Positions 1-14,200 of a stretch of DNA of 64,000 nucleotides are shown one piece after another; within the stretch, counting starts at the first letter, position 1; every line of letters starts with the position of its first letter. The stretch comes from Lingula anatina. Lineage: Eukaryota > Animalia > Brachiopoda. The stretch spans positions 4,646,587 to 4,710,586 of the forward strand of contig CM120648.1 of NCBI GenBank assembly GCA_051362555.1. The letters are read 5' to 3'. Below the pieces are notes generated by a model. That model ran no database searches, was not told the DNA's origin, and saw only the letters and a program-made list of their open reading frames with translations. The position numbers were made by a program, and so were the translations under genes.

Positions 1-3000
1 CAGCAGCAACTCGGGTTCGTGTAGGTTTCACGATCGAATCTCTGACTGCGCCAAATTCAACGCACCAATTTTCACTTGATATATCTAATTTTTATTGCCA
101 TTTATAACTATTGTAAGTCCTATTAGAGAAATTGAAGGTTTGAGTACAGTGTGTGTAAGTGTGTGTGTGTGTCAGAGAGAGAGAGAGAGAGAGAGAGGAT
201 GGGGAGGAGGGCAAGGAATAATATACCCCCCCCCCCCCCCCATTTATTCAATTTAAATTTACTGCATGCTTGTTTTCCACACTGCATAAAATGACATGTT
301 TTACAAGGTTATCACCACAGGATATATATGTACCGAAAATAAGGTTAATTGCCAAATCATAATGGGCTGATGTATGCACATAAATATGTATGTGTTTATA
401 CATGCATCACAGAGCACAAAGCAATTCTTACATACTTCAACATTCCTCTCTTTATCTCCCATAAAACATGCACATGCAAACACAATTGTGTGTTACGAGA
501 TCAACACACAAGATAAGGAGGTGCAAGCCTAAACTCCTTACAACCCAGGACCTAGTCACATTTAACACCCAAATACTCATTGATTGACAGCCAAGATAAG
601 AAGGTGTGATACACAATAACGTAATGTTAAGTCCTTTTTAAGTGCATTTTTCAATTACGTCTACTTGATTCAATCTCAGAGTACCTGATATGGTGATCAG
701 CATTGGGTTTGGCTTCTTTAAGGCCTTCAGACATTTAAGTTTGAGTTATCTGATGAAAGCTAGTCTGTGACGTGAATGTGAGAAGGTGCTCAAGATGGTT
801 GTTAATTGCCATCGGGATCGCTATTCAGTGCTTTTCTTTTTTGAAAATCATGTTTTCTGTAATGTTTTTAGAATAAAGGTCTGCATGTAGGCCCTATTTT
901 CTATGTCTTTAAAAGCTGTTTATTATTTTTTATCAAAACTTGCATGAAGCTGCATCTGAGCTAAGATGTTTCATTATGTCTGTGATACAATAAACAGTGT
1001 ATAAATAAAAAAATAAATATATAAAATAGGTACATATATTTTGCTGTCACATCATATATATATATATATATAAAATTCACATTTACACATTGTTGAAAGA
1101 TAAAAAAAAAATCAAGAAAATAATACAAATATTTTAGGTATTGGTCACAGGTTAACAGAGTACTCTGAACCAATTATATAATTTGCCTGAGTGAAAATGA
1201 GGAATGTAGTTTAATTGAAAATTGTCCAGGTGACAAAGTACCTGCCAAACCAGGTAATTATCACCTGTTAAGTTATACAAAGGCACATCTCTCACATTTA
1301 ATGGCATAACTGTGTGCCTTATATGCGCCAGTCAGGTCTATGGCCAGCAATTTAAAAGGGGGGGGGGGGGGGGTCTGAATAACTCCTGGGACCTTTTTAC
1401 TCTCTTAGTTGATCCAACTCGAGGATCTACATGGCAGCAAGACTTGTATCTGGCAATTATTAAGTAGGGAGAGGGCTTTTTCTGAATAAATGGATATTTT
1501 TTCTCTCTTAATTTATTATCTGCTTAGTTAATCCAATTTTGAAAAATGACATGTAACCTAGTTATTTTTAAGAAGGGAGGGAAGGTTTTTTTTTTCTTAA
1601 AAAAAATTGACTTTTTTTAATGCATAAATGAATTTCATCTTCTTGATTTTTTTTTTTTTTTTTTTGCTGAGACCTTTTTATTTTTAGCGCATTCAACAGA
1701 ACACCAAGAGCCATAAAATTCATGTCCTCCTGAGGGTAATATTTAATACAATACAGGCTTTCAATTTTATATTTACTTTCATGTTATATGGGATTATTAT
1801 AATGAGCTTACCACTGTCAAAGAGGATTATTAAACATGCATATAATGCACCTGACCTTATCTACTTACACCTGTGTTCTAGGTTATATACCTGTGATACC
1901 TGGATTTACCTGGATTACCTGTATTGGTGACTGTGACTGTGTGGAGAGATTTGGTCTCTAGGAATAGTTGTAACTCTGAGGTAAGTTAAGACTGTATTTA
2001 TTTATTTATTTATTTATTTATTGTGTCAATTTTACACACGCAATAAAACATGGATTAAGATGTACCTGCATTTCTTTCTAATTGATAAAACTGTTGAGAG
2101 TCTAAAGTAGCTTTTTCTAGAGTCAGTAATATACTAGTATATATATATACTCAGTGTGAATTCTTTTCTTTATCACTGCTTGGGTAACTTACCTGAAAGC
2201 TACATACTTTTTGATGGCATAGGATGGTTACACTTCATAGAGATCTTAATGTGTATGTGTATGTGTAGCTAATAAGCTGGAGAATTCTTTGCAGTCTGTG
2301 AAGCTCTTGTTTCAAGTGAATTTTATATCAGATTTTGTATTTGTCATATTGTTTTAACTGTGTGTTTGCTAAGTAAATAGACACTTTAAGAGGTACTGAT
2401 ACAGCTTTACATCTCCTGCTATTAGACATTGTGTTTTATATCCATTGATAGTGTCTCTTCTTCATGTGTCATGATCATCTGCCAAGTATTTACGTTGTGA
2501 ATCATTGCATATACCTTATATATTTTTAATCAAACAAAACCACAATTAGCATGACTGATGAATATAACGGAATGTTTTGGGACTACAGTAATGAGCCGTC
2601 TCTAAATACTTGATGTGATAACATCAGATAAAGTGTATAGCTGCACAGATTAACTGAGACAGCTGGAATGTGGACATACTTTATACACATAACAGACTGT
2701 TGCTATGGAAACCAACTCGCTCAGCTATAGAGACCAGAGAAAATATTAAAATTTAATATGTATATATATATATATTAGAACAATATTATGTCTCTGATGT
2801 TTATACTAGAAATTGTTTCTTAGTAGATGAGTGAGTATTTACATATAAATATAAATTTGACATTTTATGCTAATTTATGATTATTATAACTGTAAAATGA
2901 TTTTTGTTGATTATATAGACTAGAAAATGAAGAAGCTTGCAATTTGTCAGATCAGAAACACAGTGATATGACACATGATATAACAAAGTACATAGGAAAG

Positions 3001-4686
3001 AAAAAATAAACTGTGGTATTCTATATGCTATTATATACAAAGTGTTTCTCATCTCACACCAGTTAATTATTACACACCCCCTAATTCACACCTTAGTCTG
3101 AAGTGGTAACTTGGCATTAGCAACTAATTCAACGTGCAGATGCCTTGGAAACTAGCAGAATTCAGGAAGTAATATTGACTTGATTGTTTTGGAGTGTTTC
3201 TGTTAGGAATCATGTAATGGGGAAGTAAGGCAGAGCCAGACTGTAGGCTTCATGACAAAAATTGTTTTCTTTGTTACTGTGAAGTGTTTTGTTGAATATC
3301 CAACAAAGATAAAATATGTGTAAAGCATAAGAGTTTAAACTATTTTTATCATAATGGAAAATACTATGGCTTTAGTCAATAGAAACCATGGGAAAAAGAT
3401 TAACACAATGAATTCCTAGGAATAAGTGGTTTGAAATACATTTAGCAGTTGTGGGAAGTAACACACACTGTCTTGAATAATTACAAAAAAGCTTCAACAA
3501 AGCACTGGGGACAAAATAATTGTTTGAGTCAAAAAAGAAACTGAAAAACTATTGCAGCTTTGTGTAAGGCCTGTGGAAACACATTCAGGAAGTAAGATTA
3601 TTACCTAGAACAAATCAAATCTGGTGTTGAGTCATGAAGACAGATCGTACACACACCATATTAAATTACCAGGATTGTGAGTAAGGTAAGAATACTAAGG
3701 AGGTGATTAATTCACACAAAGATAGTATACAATAGAAAAAAAAATTGCTAGTATTACCTTTTCCACATAGTTACAACTAGGAAAACTAACAAACAAGCAA
3801 AAAAAAAAAAAAAAAAAGAATACAGACTGCCAACAATGCCAGGCAGCTAGAAATAATTAAAACATCATTGTGTATTTACAGTAAACTGTGATAAGATTGT
3901 TAGTATTATTTTTTTTCGACAATTGTTTCCCCCACCCACCCACACACCCAGACTCATGGCATAAGATGTCATGTTTGTCAAGGATATAAGTTTATGATAG
4001 AATTAAAGTAATAATAATAATAATAATAATAATTACACATTATTGATTGATTAAATAAACAGTATCGTTATGTCATAAATTTTCTTTTTTCACAAGCTTG
4101 AGCCAAATACACTTGCCCAGTTTCTCCAGCATGCACCATCAAGTTAAAAAATCAGCCATACATATATATGATAGTACTTGTAGTAAGTACAACAGATATA
4201 AATCTCTAGTAAATGGTTATGGGGCATGTCTGGTTACAGTTGTCTCTTCAGGAGCATAAACTATTGCCTGACACGCAATACCTAGTTTCATATCAGAGTT
4301 AGACAGTTTAACAGGCTCACCCTCCAGGGGCTAGTGCATTTTTATTAGACTTGGTGTTTTTTTTTACCTGTCTGGAAAAATGTCCAATAATACTTGAGAC
4401 TTAACTTGGATTTGTTTGAAATTTGTCAAGTGATGTAGTAGTAATTACGCAGGTGAGTGTGTTTTGATCCCTTGATGTATGCAAAAGCAATTGTGAAGTA
4501 ATTTATTAATGGTTGGTATTTTTCTGCCTTTAATTCACCTGCTTGTTAACACAGAAAACCGAAGATAAAAATAAGGTAGTGTAATATTGTGCAGATAAGG
4601 GTCTTGGTTGAAAGACTAAATCATTGTTTACAGTGCAGCAAACTGCAACCACAAAACACTGAGACTCAATTTCACGCAGACATTTA

Positions 4687-4934
4687 GGGACAATTCCTAC
4701 AGATATTTGTATTGATCTATCCCCCTGGGGAGTCTCACTAAATTGCAATCAACTTTAACTGGCTTAAATGTCTGTCACGCCCAGTAAAGCTGTAAGGGGG
4801 TAATTATCTTTACCCTCTAGCTGATTTGGTAGGTGTGACAGACATTTAAGCTGGTTAGTTGATAGCAATTTAGTGAGACTTCCCCTGGAGTTAGACCGAT
4901 CCAGATGGATCGATCTAGGCATGGGAACCCAGTC
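4687..4934. mobile_element. Palindromic MITE family, copy A (PIF/Harbinger-like ends)
   Basis: Ends GGGACAATTCC...ATGGGAACCCAGTC; internal arms GAGTCTCACTAAATTGC / GCAATTTAGTGAGACT. Matches copy D (55688-55911) in the opposite orientation. Confidence 0.8.
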
Positions 4935-6248
4935 ATATAGGACCATTATAGGTTGATATAAAATTTGTCTTTGAAAAAAATTAAAATTCTTCCCACACCT
5001 TCTGAAACTGACAGCTGGAAAAGGCCAGAGATTTGGAAGGCTAATTGGAATTGCTTGTACCCCTCCTTTGTTGATAAGATTAATTTCATATTGATACAGA
5101 CCAGGTGTTTTGGATACATCCTGTGCATAAGGCAATTCAGACTCGGATCAGGTGTTTTAGATACGTCCCCTTTCAATGACTAAAACCCATGATTGGCAAA
5201 AAAATACTAGTAGAAATAATGATAATGATGATGAATAAATAAAGTAAATAACAGAAAGCTCTTGGCCTCAATAATGCATTTGTGCTTCCAATCAAGTGTT
5301 TCTTTAATGAAACAAGAAATGATTTAAAACTTTTTTGTTTTCAGTATTTAAGTATTTTCAATAAATATGCCATAAAAGTGAGAAAAAAAAAACACCTGGA
5401 TTATAAAATCAATCTTAAGAAGATATTTAAAACATTAAAAAATTTTGCTGACATTTTACTGTTCATACATATACATGTTGAGTAAAGCTTCTAGTACAGA
5501 GGCAAACAGGTTATGAATAACGAGTTTTGAGGGAGTTCTCTTTTCAGCACCTACAGGATGCAGCATATTTGGGATTTGGTGTTACTAGGAGCCCATAAAA
5601 TGTCCAGTATTTACTCAGTGATGAAATCTGACATTCATAGTTGTTACTTCACAATTCAAATAGACAGCCAAGTGTGTGTAATCCATCAATATGGGCGGTA
5701 CCTGTACCAGTCAGTGATTCACCTGTTTATGAAGTCTTTTTTTTTTTTTTTTTTTGGAGGGGGGGGGGGGGGGAGTTAAGCAGCCCTACTAAACCAGCTG
5801 AAATTGTCAGCCTGTTGTTGATAGATAATGTGAATTGCTGTTTGGGTCATGCTGAACAATAAATATTCATCAGAGAAAAATTGTTTTAATGCTGGAATCC
5901 TACTCACAGTAATATTTCAATTTTTTTCACAAAATGCTAAAAGTGACTTAGTATGGCTGATGGAAATATAATTCAAGGAAAATGGCTGATGTGTCTATGT
6001 TAAGTAATAGTCTAGCATGGTACATTACAGTAGGTTTTGCAGCGATCAGGATTTGCTGACCAGTACAATGTTGGTGAAGATGAATTTCATTTGACCTTAT
6101 GTGAATTGACTGTTTATTTAAATGAAAAAGTAATATGAGGGATGAAATGGACAGTTCTATCATCTATGTTGCGCAATGAAGTCCTGTTGAGCAAAATGGT
6201 ACATGTGCTGTCAGGGAGAGAGAAAGAGAGTTGGAAAAAAAGATATTG

Positions 6249-6293
<45 letters not shown>

Positions 6294-8268
6294 CATGAGA
6301 GTGGTATTAATAAGGCCACTTCCCATGCTACCTCCAGTTGAGAGGCACGTTGTGATGGACAGGTCAAGTACCTCCAGACCAGGTGTAGCTAATTACAGCT
6401 TCCATCAGCCAGGTAATGGTATCATGATATGGTTACTTTGATACACGGGAAGTGTGTAAGTACAAGAAGTCTGGGAAAGATAAGGTCAGTTACTGGATTC
6501 AGACAGGGATACATAATTTGTGATCCCAACAAATTAAAGCTCAATGAGACACAGCTTTTATCTTCACTTTCAGACCTCCACATTATATATTGGAGTCTGA
6601 TATTCAGCAACACTTTTGATTGAAGTTTGCTGATGCAGGGGTTTGTGGTACCATAGAAGTTGATAGACTTGTCTAACATTGGTCACTGGTGCTGTAAACT
6701 TCAGTCGAATGCTACTAAGTTGAAACTCAACCATGTATCTGATGTTTTAATGACGTTTAAAAATAAAGAAACTGGCTCGCGTCTCCTCTAAGACCGATGG
6801 TTGCCATTTCTTTCAGTTACAAGATCTTACAAGTCACTGTTCGGGGTAATGCAATCAGATACTGCTTCTTGCTCCAGTGACAATATTGCCAAACAACCAC
6901 AGAATCAATAACGGTTTACTTGGATGGTACTTACCACCACCATAAATAGCTGTATATATAACATGTAGTGAATAAGAAACAATAGAAACAATAACAGTTG
7001 ATGTAGATGGTGCTTTTAATAACATCATCAGGGGCATCAGTATTACAGTGTTCATAGGATGTAAGACAATAACAAAATCAATAGCAGTTTACGTCATTGT
7101 GGCTTTAAAAACATCACCAGAAGCAATGTAACTGTTGCTATGTTTAAAAAGGGGCAATTTGCAAACTCCTTTCTTCAATTTTGTTGTAAATTTAGAAGGA
7201 TAGTCACACATTGAAAAAAAAAAAAGAAAGCACATTTTGAAACCAACTAATATTATTAGATCATGACATCACATCACCTTACCCAGTCATCAGGCATTTT
7301 TATTCATTTCTTTCTCGGTATTTAAAACAGCATCATTGTTCAGGGCGATTGAAGAAACATGACAGTGTCAACAGAAAGCATTACAGAGCATGCTGCATAA
7401 ATTTTCCAAATTTAAATTTAAATTTTCCTTTTTTTTTTGTCATCTGTCAAAAAGATTGACATACAGCATGCAGAAGGTGACTTATCCATCTTTTTAGTTA
7501 AAGTAACAATTGTCTGCAGCTTAGAATTTTAAGAGAAATCTAAGAAAATTTCTCAATTACCAGAAAGATTTAGAGAAGGAATAGGCTGTGGCTTAGAATT
7601 TTCTTTATTTTTGTGTTTCTTTTCATAAAACATAAAAATGATAGTACACTGGTCACACTGGTGGGATTGGATTGTCATTGCACTAACCAAACCAGAAAGG
7701 CAGCAGCACTGGTTACACTGGGCCTTAGCTTTGTCTGCACCAGGCAATATTTATACAGTGAAGTATAATATGTATATATCTCAAGTTTCCTGGTATAGTC
7801 TTGTGTCAACAGTATAATCAATAACAACAGACAACAACATGATACACCCCAAGGATGATACATTTATCAGACCATTATGTCCATGTCTGTTCACACACTG
7901 GGTTAAGTTAGACACAGCATTGGATAATTGTGCAGTGCTCATCAGTGGATATGTAATGCCCATTAATTGATTGCATTAGTGAAAGGGGGGAGGGGGAGGG
8001 GGGGGGGGGGTAAGGGCGGGGGGCAGCATGAAAGGGATACAATTGGCTTCCAGTAGATAAATATTGGGATCAGAAGACCTCAGGAGATAATGTGGGGATA
8101 CTAAGATGGGTTGGTCTTTTACTGGACTAGAAACTGGCCCCAATTCATCCGTTCTATGTGTAAACACACCCATATTTAATAATGGTGAGTGATCACCAAG
8201 TTCTATCCCATCTTATTGTGCTACATTCACTCCTGGCTGGTCTCTCTTAAACTTCAAATTGTTCAAAC

Positions 8269-8313
<45 letters not shown>

Positions 8314-10589
8314 CTGTATACCGGACTTCACAGATAAGGGAGTCTGTCTTTCCCCCCCCCCCTTAATATATATCAGGTCTCTCAGTGCTTTCTCATGTTT
8401 TGCTTTAAAATTAAGAAACCACTGCCAGGATAATAATTAAAAACCAGGTTGAACAACCTAAATACTAATTATATACTTTAATACTACTACCATTTTTCTT
8501 AAAGCTGGAACAGTTTTGAACATGCCTAAAGGTTTTAAGTTGGACCAGTTCTGCATGCGCCTTATGGTTCTATGTTCAGTTCAAATCTGAAAATAGCACA
8601 TTGGATCAAATATTGGATGTACTCAATTAAAGTACAAGCTGATTTGATATCACATGAGTTTGATTTGTTTCCGCTGTGTTGCCCTCACACTTTCTTGGTT
8701 CAATTTGTCATTCCATTTCACAGCTACTAGAACCCACTCAGTCATTATTGCTGGTGCCTTTTTCAGGGGTTGAGCTTTTATTGGTGCAGTAATTACCACA
8801 GTAAAGACTTTAATTAATTGGAATTTTTAAAAGTTTCATATCATACACCCTCCCTTCTTCTTTGTGAACATTAACTATTATGATAATAGTTGAATAGGCT
8901 ACTGTTTGGAGACTGAGGTTTTGGTCTAAATTAGGCAAATTTCTTTTAATTTTAGAGTGAAGTATTATGGGATTATTGATTTTTGTTTAAGGATTATAGT
9001 GAGTAAAAGTTTTGAGGAGAAACAATTTCACTTTAATTAAAAAGATTGATAAGTTGCCAGGAGACAAGTGTAAACAATTTTTTGGTTTCTTAAATCCTGA
9101 GGTATTGACAGAAGAGAGCTGTGAGCCTGAAGTCCTCTACTCATTGCTTAGCCAGGGGGATGTTTCACAATATATATTTAAGTCTATATTTAATAAAATC
9201 TTTTTGACCAAAATTTAATACTCTACTATGACCCAAGACAAATAATTGGAATTCCAACCAAATGACAGAAAATTTATTAAAAATTTAGACCAAAACTTTC
9301 TCTGTTTAAATGGAATACATGTACTCTCATTATGGTTTTATCCTGAACTTTTTTTCAGGCTAAAGCTCTTTTGTGAAATGGTCCCTTACCCTCCAAGCCA
9401 TCTATCCATTAGGACAGAGATTTTTAAAACAGCTGATAAACATCCCTCTTTTTTCTTCCTTATAAGACTGGGCATGTCGAGCAATGAAATTTCATCCCTG
9501 GGCCGAGGAATTTGTAATTTGTCTCTATAAGATTTCAGTGGGACTAATACTTTAGTAGGGGCTGTTGAAAGGAAGTGATTTAGATATATGTAAACAGTTG
9601 CATTTATTTCCAGCTCTAGATGAGCTGTGACAGCATAGGGCTTTGAAAGGCAGTTTATAAATATTTGAATTACATTTTTTTTTTAAAGCCTCGGGTGCTC
9701 TGTAGAAGTAACGAGAATTGATAATAAGACTATTGTTGCTGTTATTAATATACATGTGTCAGTGAGTGTATTTAAGTTTTGCATTTTATCTTTTAAGATA
9801 GTTGGATTTTCATTGAGCATGATTCATTTTACCAAAGGTGAATAAGTACATATTAGGGTCAAAAATAAAAGTAAAGTGCAGTTTGTGTGAATTCTTAAAC
9901 AAATGAAGAAATTGCTTGCATTACCTCCTGCAGAGAGTCACATGGTACATCTATGTAATACTCTATAGTTAAAAATATGAATGGGATGGCACTTTGATGC
10001 AAAATAAGACAATTTGAAATGTTCTAAAGACAAAATAAATAAATAAATAAAATAGAAATCATGAATGTGGTGTAAGTAGCCCACATTGATAGATTTAATG
10101 TGAATGTATGTGTGCTTGCTCACATGCTATTGCACAAATGTTTATCTACGCCACCCCATAGCTTCAGATGTTACTCTTAACCAGAACACTTAATGGGCGT
10201 GCTCGTACCTGTAGCAGAACTGTTGCCATGGTAAACGGTTATATTTGTACATTGTATCATTACATCTTGGTATAAAAAAAGTGCCAGAGCTCTTCAGGCC
10301 ACCCATGTGTGTATGTATTGCAGCTTCGATCAGTTTCATAGAGGAAGCCATTTGGAATTTTTAGTTTGTGGCAGATCTTGGAATTTAATGGGTATTTCTG
10401 TGAGGCTGCGGTATGCTTGTTTCAGCACATGTTGGCTTTGTCACTCAGTTGTCATGAAATTTTATATTCCAACTGTTTGTTTAACAATCTCCCATTAAAC
10501 TATTAGTAAGTATATTACAAGTAAGTGTCTTCTTATAACAAAAAGGAAGGTAACTTCAATATAACTGTCTCATTGTTAATTTTTTCCAG

Positions 10590-10730
10590 GTGATATCAGG
10601 GTTGTCACTGATGATCAGAGGATTATTCCCTGGAAGTAATTGGATGCGAATTCCTGGAAGCCCAATATGGATCAGTACAGTCTTTTAATGATTCCTAATT
10701 CTTTGTAAACACCATTCCACAAGGAGAGAG
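10590..10730 (+). other. Probable non-coding 5' UTR exon of the CARD gene
   Basis: Strong acceptor tttttttccag| and donor GAGAG|gtaaga. Contains only short ATG-initiated ORFs. Confidence 0.4.
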
Positions 10731-11207
10731 GTAAGAAATTGGCCGAGTTGTTTTCTCAAGGTTTGGATAACAGTTAAATTACTTTATTTAATTACAAGAT
10801 TGTTTGATCAAATGTTTTAGAATTTAAACCAGTATAGTGTTTTAATTTAATGTTATTTACTTGGTCTCTTTAAAGTGACCCAGTCCCATAAAGATGTAAA
10901 AACATAATCATTTTTGCTTTACTTTTGCAACACTTTCCTGTTTATAATCAGACTGTTTGCATAGACTTATATAGTATTGATTTCCAGGCAGTGAGACTTA
11001 CATGTAGACATTCACTGGGGCTTTAAATGGTCCATTCATCTCTCTATGCACCGCTGACCAACATATTAATTCTCCACTGTGTAAATGTTATGTGTGAATT
11101 ATTGCAACAGATTGCATCAGAGAAGCTAATAGTAGAACAAAGTAAGTTGTGATTGTGTTTAAGAGGGCAATTGTCTAAACATGTGACCACAAATTTATAT
11201 GTCATCC

Positions 11208-11249
<42 letters not shown>

Positions 11250-14200
11250 AGGATGGATGTCCACTTCCTCCATTAAATAATGTATACACTGTGAAATTTA
11301 CATCATCAATGTATTATATTGTTATCACAGACAGTGCACACAAAGCTTAGCTTCCTTTTTATTCCACTGATAATTAAACCACACTTTGGTGATTGGAGAC
11401 TAAGACAGTAAATCACACTTTGGTGACTGGAGACTAAGAAATAGCCAGCTCATAATTGAACACGCACCAAATCATGATTGGGTTAATTGATGATCTACTG
11501 TTGATGAGTGCCTCCTGGGCGCAGTTAAAGGAAACGTCTACAGACATCCTGGCGACAAGACTGTGTGATTAGTGGCTTGTTCAATGAAGCGAGAAAATAC
11601 TGGCTGATGCATTGTTGGTTGAAGATATTTAATTCAATAATGACAGTGATATCTTTATTGATACTAGCACAAGGTTTACAGTGCCTTCTTTGACCTAATT
11701 ACATATATGATGATTATATTATATACTACAATTTAATGCTTGTAAAGCTTTATTTTTAATTGCATTTTTAACATAACACCTTAGGCTAAAATTAATCATA
11801 TACAGTAAACATACTGTCTGTCACATCTTTCCTTATTACACTTTGTAAAACATCAGATGACATTTAGTCTCCATGAATCAAATGTCATTTCCCTACAGAC
11901 AGCAGAAAAAGACAAATAGGTGCACTGATAGTGCATTATTAAATACAAATAGCTGTTGCTTTTTAATCATTCAAGTGTGGTACACACATTAAACAAGATG
12001 CATGTTGCCGTTTGCACTCAAATTAGCAAGAAAGACAAAGGCAGTTAATTCGTCTCGGTGTTTTAACTCGCTGAGTTCTGTAATTATGCGTTAACTGTTA
12101 ATTTGTTCAGGGCCGTTAAATGGTGTTTTGGGGAGGTACTTAGCTGCATTAAAGCAGATGATCATGACATGGGAGAGAGAGAAAGAGAGAGAAAGAGGGG
12201 GGGGGGCAAAGAGAAGTAGAAAAGAGAAGACAGGTAGAAGGTAAAGAGAGTGGCTGGGGTAGCGCTAACACTTGCCAATTTAGCCAAATGCTAAAACTGA
12301 CTTAAGTTGGCTAAACAAAAAGGACTTGATTTGACAAATTTTAGTCCAATTAAAACCATTTTCATTACAAATTGACAAAAAATTGATGATTTGGCTAAGC
12401 AAAAAAAAAAAATTGTAAGGCTACCCCAGAGTGGGAGTGAGGTTGGAAGAGAGAGAGAGAGAGAATAACAGAAAGACAAGGAGACAGAGAGAGAGAGAGA
12501 GAGAATACAAAGAGCCAGCACAGTTATGTGGGGAGGGAGAAGAAGCAGCATATTGGCTCCAGGACAAACCGCCCAGTTTTTAATTGATGTCCATGTCACC
12601 CCTCAATTGACCTTGCTTTGAAAACATTGCCAGATTTGAGAAAAATGAAGATGTACAATACAGACATGATGTATTGATTGTAGAGCACTGTGCATTTCAT
12701 TTGGCATGATGACACTTTTGTTTTTGTTAGGAATTTAAAACGCCCAGGCAACTTTCTTGTAGTAGTTAATTTTTAACCACTGACAGTTACAGAGATCTCT
12801 TCCAAAGCAGGCAAGATAAGATACAGTGAAGACCAATTTCACGAAAGGGTTTATAAATATATTTTATCCTAACATAAAAGTATCTTGAAAAAGAATCAAG
12901 CAAGCAAAAAGAATAACAATATGGGGAAAAGAAAGCCTGGAAAGAGCAGAAACCATGGCTGGTTTAAAAGAAAACAAGGTGAGGAAAAAATACATTGTTT
13001 GCATTTTAGAAAATATTTTAAATTGAAAAAATAACACCAAGTACTGCTTCAATGTAGCTTTTTAGTATGGGCTAATTGAAGAAGTAAGTCTTTCTTTCCA
13101 CACCCTTCATTAAATATTTTGTTCCTAAAATTTACACATCAACCTCAAATCACATATGTGGCACGTGGTCTTCAACCAGATGTTCACAATCAACATGGTG
13201 TAAATATTTCTATTGAACCAGTTGACATTGATAAGATGCTGCTGCTCACAGAGATATTATGGTAATTACTCGATCTCTTCAGTTTGGGGAGATTGTGCAT
13301 TTTACAGATATTGTCCTTCATTCAATCATAATTTCTAAAAGTTAGAACGTTCCTATCGAGTTGTTGCTGTAAAATTTAAAAGCAAGCCACTTTTTAGTTC
13401 ATTTTTATGCAATAAAAGCACCACTAATGCTATGTAGAAATGTATTTTTGGGATCATGAAATTATGTATCTCAAAGTTTGATAATTTTTGCCCATCAAAA
13501 AGATTGAGTAATTACCATAGACAAGTCACCATGAGTCTTGTGTCTGTAATAAAATAATCATGTACATGTATATTAGCAGCAACACATGTACAGCACTCTC
13601 AGCATAGTGAGGCTGCGTCAGGCCAGGCACGTGCCTCTTCTGAAAATTTTCCAAATTGAATTTTACTGATAACATTGGTCCGAGGGAGTTGGGGGTGTCA
13701 GGAACACCCACTTTTTAGCTATGATGTATTGAGAAATATTGTAGTTTATCTGCACCCTCGCTTTGCTTTCTATATATAATCATATCTTTATTGCACTCCA
13801 AATCTCTGGTATATGATGTCATTTGACCTGTAGTCTCGTAATAACCATGATTGGTTAATATGTAACATATTGTTATCTTCTACAGGTTATGGTAGAACTG
13901 ACAGTGCAAATATACATATTGATTTATCAATTTGATTGCCAATTTTATCAACAGATCATAAAACCACTAGTACATTTTAAATAGCTATTCTGGCATATTC
14001 CAAACATTTCTGTATATGGTTTCACTCAAATTGATCTGATAATATATATATTATATTTGGAAGCGTAGATAATTACAGGGGTGTCTAACATGATCGTTCT
14101 AGTATGTTATCATATATAAAGTCTAGGTGAGAGATAAATATTGACAGCATTGATAATAGATAGAAATAGCTCTCCATTTTGACCCTTGGACACATAAAGG

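Noticed and set aside
4764-5183. Overlapping ORFs of 72-123 aa
   Set aside because: No recognisable domain, and they partly overlap MITE copy A.
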